From positions 1 through 40,846 of the forward strand of contig WQSK01000004.1 of assembly GCA_009787915.1 (NCBI GenBank): 40,846 nt of DNA. Reading direction: 5' to 3'. This DNA comes from Bacillota bacterium. GTDB taxonomy: Bacteria; Bacillota; Clostridia; Christensenellales; UBA1242. Position numbers and translations under genes: made by a program. Under the pieces are notes generated by a model that saw only the letters and a list, made by a program, of their open reading frames with translations, was not told where the DNA came from and did no database searches. Positions within the stretch are counted from its first letter, which is position 1. Each line of letters begins with the position of its first letter. Shown in pieces: positions 39,373 to 40,846 of the stretch.

Positions 39373-39684
39373 TTAAGTGTTGCCAATATCAAGTATGACA
39401 ACCGCTTCGCTAGCAACCCCTTGCGGCGCACGTGGCGGAGACGGGCAAGCCTCGTCTCTCGCCACCACTGTGCGGTCGCAAGTGTGTTTGCACACTCTCG
39501 GCTCATTCGCTTTGCTCATTTGATAGCAATCGACTAGAAGGCTTGCCACTCGTTCCGCAAGACTTACTGCTACCTTTGTTGTGACTTCTGCATAAATCGG
39601 CACGCATGGCAAAAGCGACCTCGTAACTTTGTCACGAAGCCGATAACTGCCGATTTGTACTCGAATAGTTTTTTGCACAGCCAC
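39373..39684 (-). CDS. Small hypothetical protein, possible directionality factor or regulator; may be a disrupted gene
   Basis: Lies between rep and the recombinase; 3' half overlaps origin hairpins; an in-frame ATG at 39705 is cut off by TAA 39688-39690. Confidence 0.35.
   Translation of the reverse strand: MAVQKTIRVQIGSYRLRDKVTRSLLPCVPIYAEVTTKVAVSLAERVASLLVDCYQMSKANEPRVCKHTCDRTVVARDEACPSPPRAPQGVASEAVVILDIGNT
39376..39394 (-). other. Putative double-strand origin nick site
   Basis: Minus strand ACTTGATATTGGCAACACT versus phiX174 origin ACTTG^ATATTAATAACACT (16/19); contains the pC194/phiX core CTTGATA; 30 nt upstream of rep on the same strand. Confidence 0.75.
39420..39496. repeat. GC-rich stem-loops adjacent to the nick site
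   Basis: CTTGCG.CGCAC-GTGGCG-GAGACG-GGC-AA-GCC-CGTCTC-CGCCAC-GTGCG-CGCAAG, then AGTGTG-TTTG-CACACT. Confidence 0.8.
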
Positions 39685-39930
39685 CTCTTAAAGATTTGCT
39701 GTCATTTGTTTTTCTTTTGCCTTAACAGTAGGTCACGACAAAGGTCAAAAGTGAGGGGGTAAATCAAAAAAACTTTCCCTACATGGAGAACGCAAGAAGT
39801 ACCCATTTTGACTACTAGAATTTTAAAAAATCGTTTTTAATTTGTCCCATGACTTTACCTACACAAAACCAATACTTTACACAGCAAAAACCTAACTTTT
39901 CCCATCACTTGTGGTACAGTTGGTGTGCTC

Positions 39931-40053
39931 CCTTTTGGGCATAGCCGATGTTGGTAGCACAACACGCCCAAGACCGTCAAGGTAGTTTTCCCTTGGAACT
40001 TCCACCTTGACTGCCTTGGGCGGTTGTGCGGTTTGTCGGCTAAGCCCAAAAGG
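39931..40053. repeat. 123-nt imperfect hairpin (candidate single-strand origin or structured recombinase leader)
   Basis: CCTTTTGGGCATAGCCGA pairs with TCGGCTAAGCCCAAAAGG (17/18); inner GCACAAC/GTTGTGC, CGCCCAAG/CTTGGGCG, GTCAAGGT/ACCTTGAC. Confidence 0.85.
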
Positions 40054-40100
40054 CAGCCCTACGATCGGTTGCTTGTTAAGGGCAAAAAGGAGTGTGTAAA

Positions 40101-40846
40101 ATGAACAAAGCAGTAATCTACGCAAGGTACAGTTCCAACAACCAAACGGAACAGTCGATTGAAGGACAGGTTAAAGTCTGTGGGGAATTTGCCCAACGAC
40201 AAAATCTCGCCATTGTAGGCGAGTATGTTGATCGTGCTATGACGGGGACTAATGACAAACGTCCTGAATTTCAACGCATGATTTCGGACAGCAAACAAGA
40301 AATATTTGACGTGATTTTGGTGTATAAACTTGACCGATTTTCTAGGGACAAATATGAAAGTGTGGTTTATAAACGACAACTTAAAGAAGCAGGCGTTAAG
40401 GTCGTGTCGGCAACGGAAGCCATAGCGGACTCGCCAGAGGGCATTTTGTTAGAAAGTGTCATAGAGGGTTACAACCAGTTCTATTCAGTGGAACTCTCTC
40501 AGAAAATTAAACGTGGCAATCAAATCAATCTTGACAAGGGGAACTGGACTGGCGGAATTGTGACGTATGGGTACAAGGTTGTTGACAAGAAAATTCAAAT
40601 TGATAAACCCAAAGCCGAAATTATGAAAAAGATTTTTTCAGACTATGCAAGCGGAAAACCTAAGAAAGAGATTTGCAAAGAACTTAACGAAAAAGGTATA
40701 CGCAATAGAAGTGGCGAGCCTTGGAGTGTCACAAACATTTACCACAACTTGAAAAACAAAAACTACATCGGAATACTTGAACGTCATGGTGTTGAATACA
40801 CCAACATATACCCCAGGCTTATCGACGATAAACTTTTTGAAGAAGT
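40101..40846 (+). CDS. Large serine recombinase (partial, runs off right edge)
   Basis: My translation: MNKAVIYARYSSNNQTEQSIEGQ...RPEFQRMI...VYKLDRFSR...ELSQKIKRG...GGIVTYGY...LKNKNYIG; SD AAGGAG. Confidence 0.95.
   Translation, partial: MNKAVIYARYSSNNQTEQSIEGQVKVCGEFAQRQNLAIVGEYVDRAMTGTNDKRPEFQRMISDSKQEIFDVILVYKLDRFSRDKYESVVYKRQLKEAGVKVVSATEAIADSPEGILLESVIEGYNQFYSVELSQKIKRGNQINLDKGNWTGGIVTYGYKVVDKKIQIDKPKAEIMKKIFSDYASGKPKKEICKELNEKGIRNRSGEPWSVTNIYHNLKNKNYIGILERHGVEYTNIYPRLIDDKLFEE

Larger units (their letters stand above)
34317..40846. mobile_element. Integrated serine-recombinase element with rolling-circle Rep carrying defence cargo (right end outside window)
   Basis: Large serine recombinase, HUH Rep, nick-site motif, R-M pair, visibly AT-richer cargo; left boundary approximate. 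Confidence 0.8.

Noticed and set aside
39855-40379. Minus-strand ORFs 39855-40049, 39892-40125 and 40059-40379
   Set aside because: They overlap the long hairpin or are antisense to the recombinase; no protein-like features.

Overview
Densely packed bacterial chromosome segment, most consistent with a streamlined, probably spore-forming Clostridia-type Firmicute (spoIIM-like, dacF-like, scpA/scpB, plsX, MEP-pathway ispG/ispH). Bases 1 to about 34200 carry housekeeping genes (gap, plsX, rpmF, a P-type Ca-ATPase, scpAB, pfkA, uvrC, mnmE, ftsH, ispG, ispH) mixed with orphan and accessory hydrolase genes. Many genes have a sigma70-like -35/-10 pair only 5-9 nt before the start codon and no Shine-Dalgarno, which suggests leaderless mRNAs. 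A family of ~200-bp imperfect palindromes occurs at 7991, 18503 and, partially, 8707. From about 34317 to the right edge lies an AT-richer integrated element. It encodes a large serine recombinase, a two-tyrosine HUH rolling-circle Rep with a phiX174-like nick site just upstream, two long hairpins, a HaeIII-type (GGCC) restriction-modification pair, and a translationally coupled three-gene module (STAS+GHKL kinase, DUF4325-like STAS protein, 2-TM protein) that is a candidate uncharacterised defence system. All calls come from reading motifs by eye; no searches were run.
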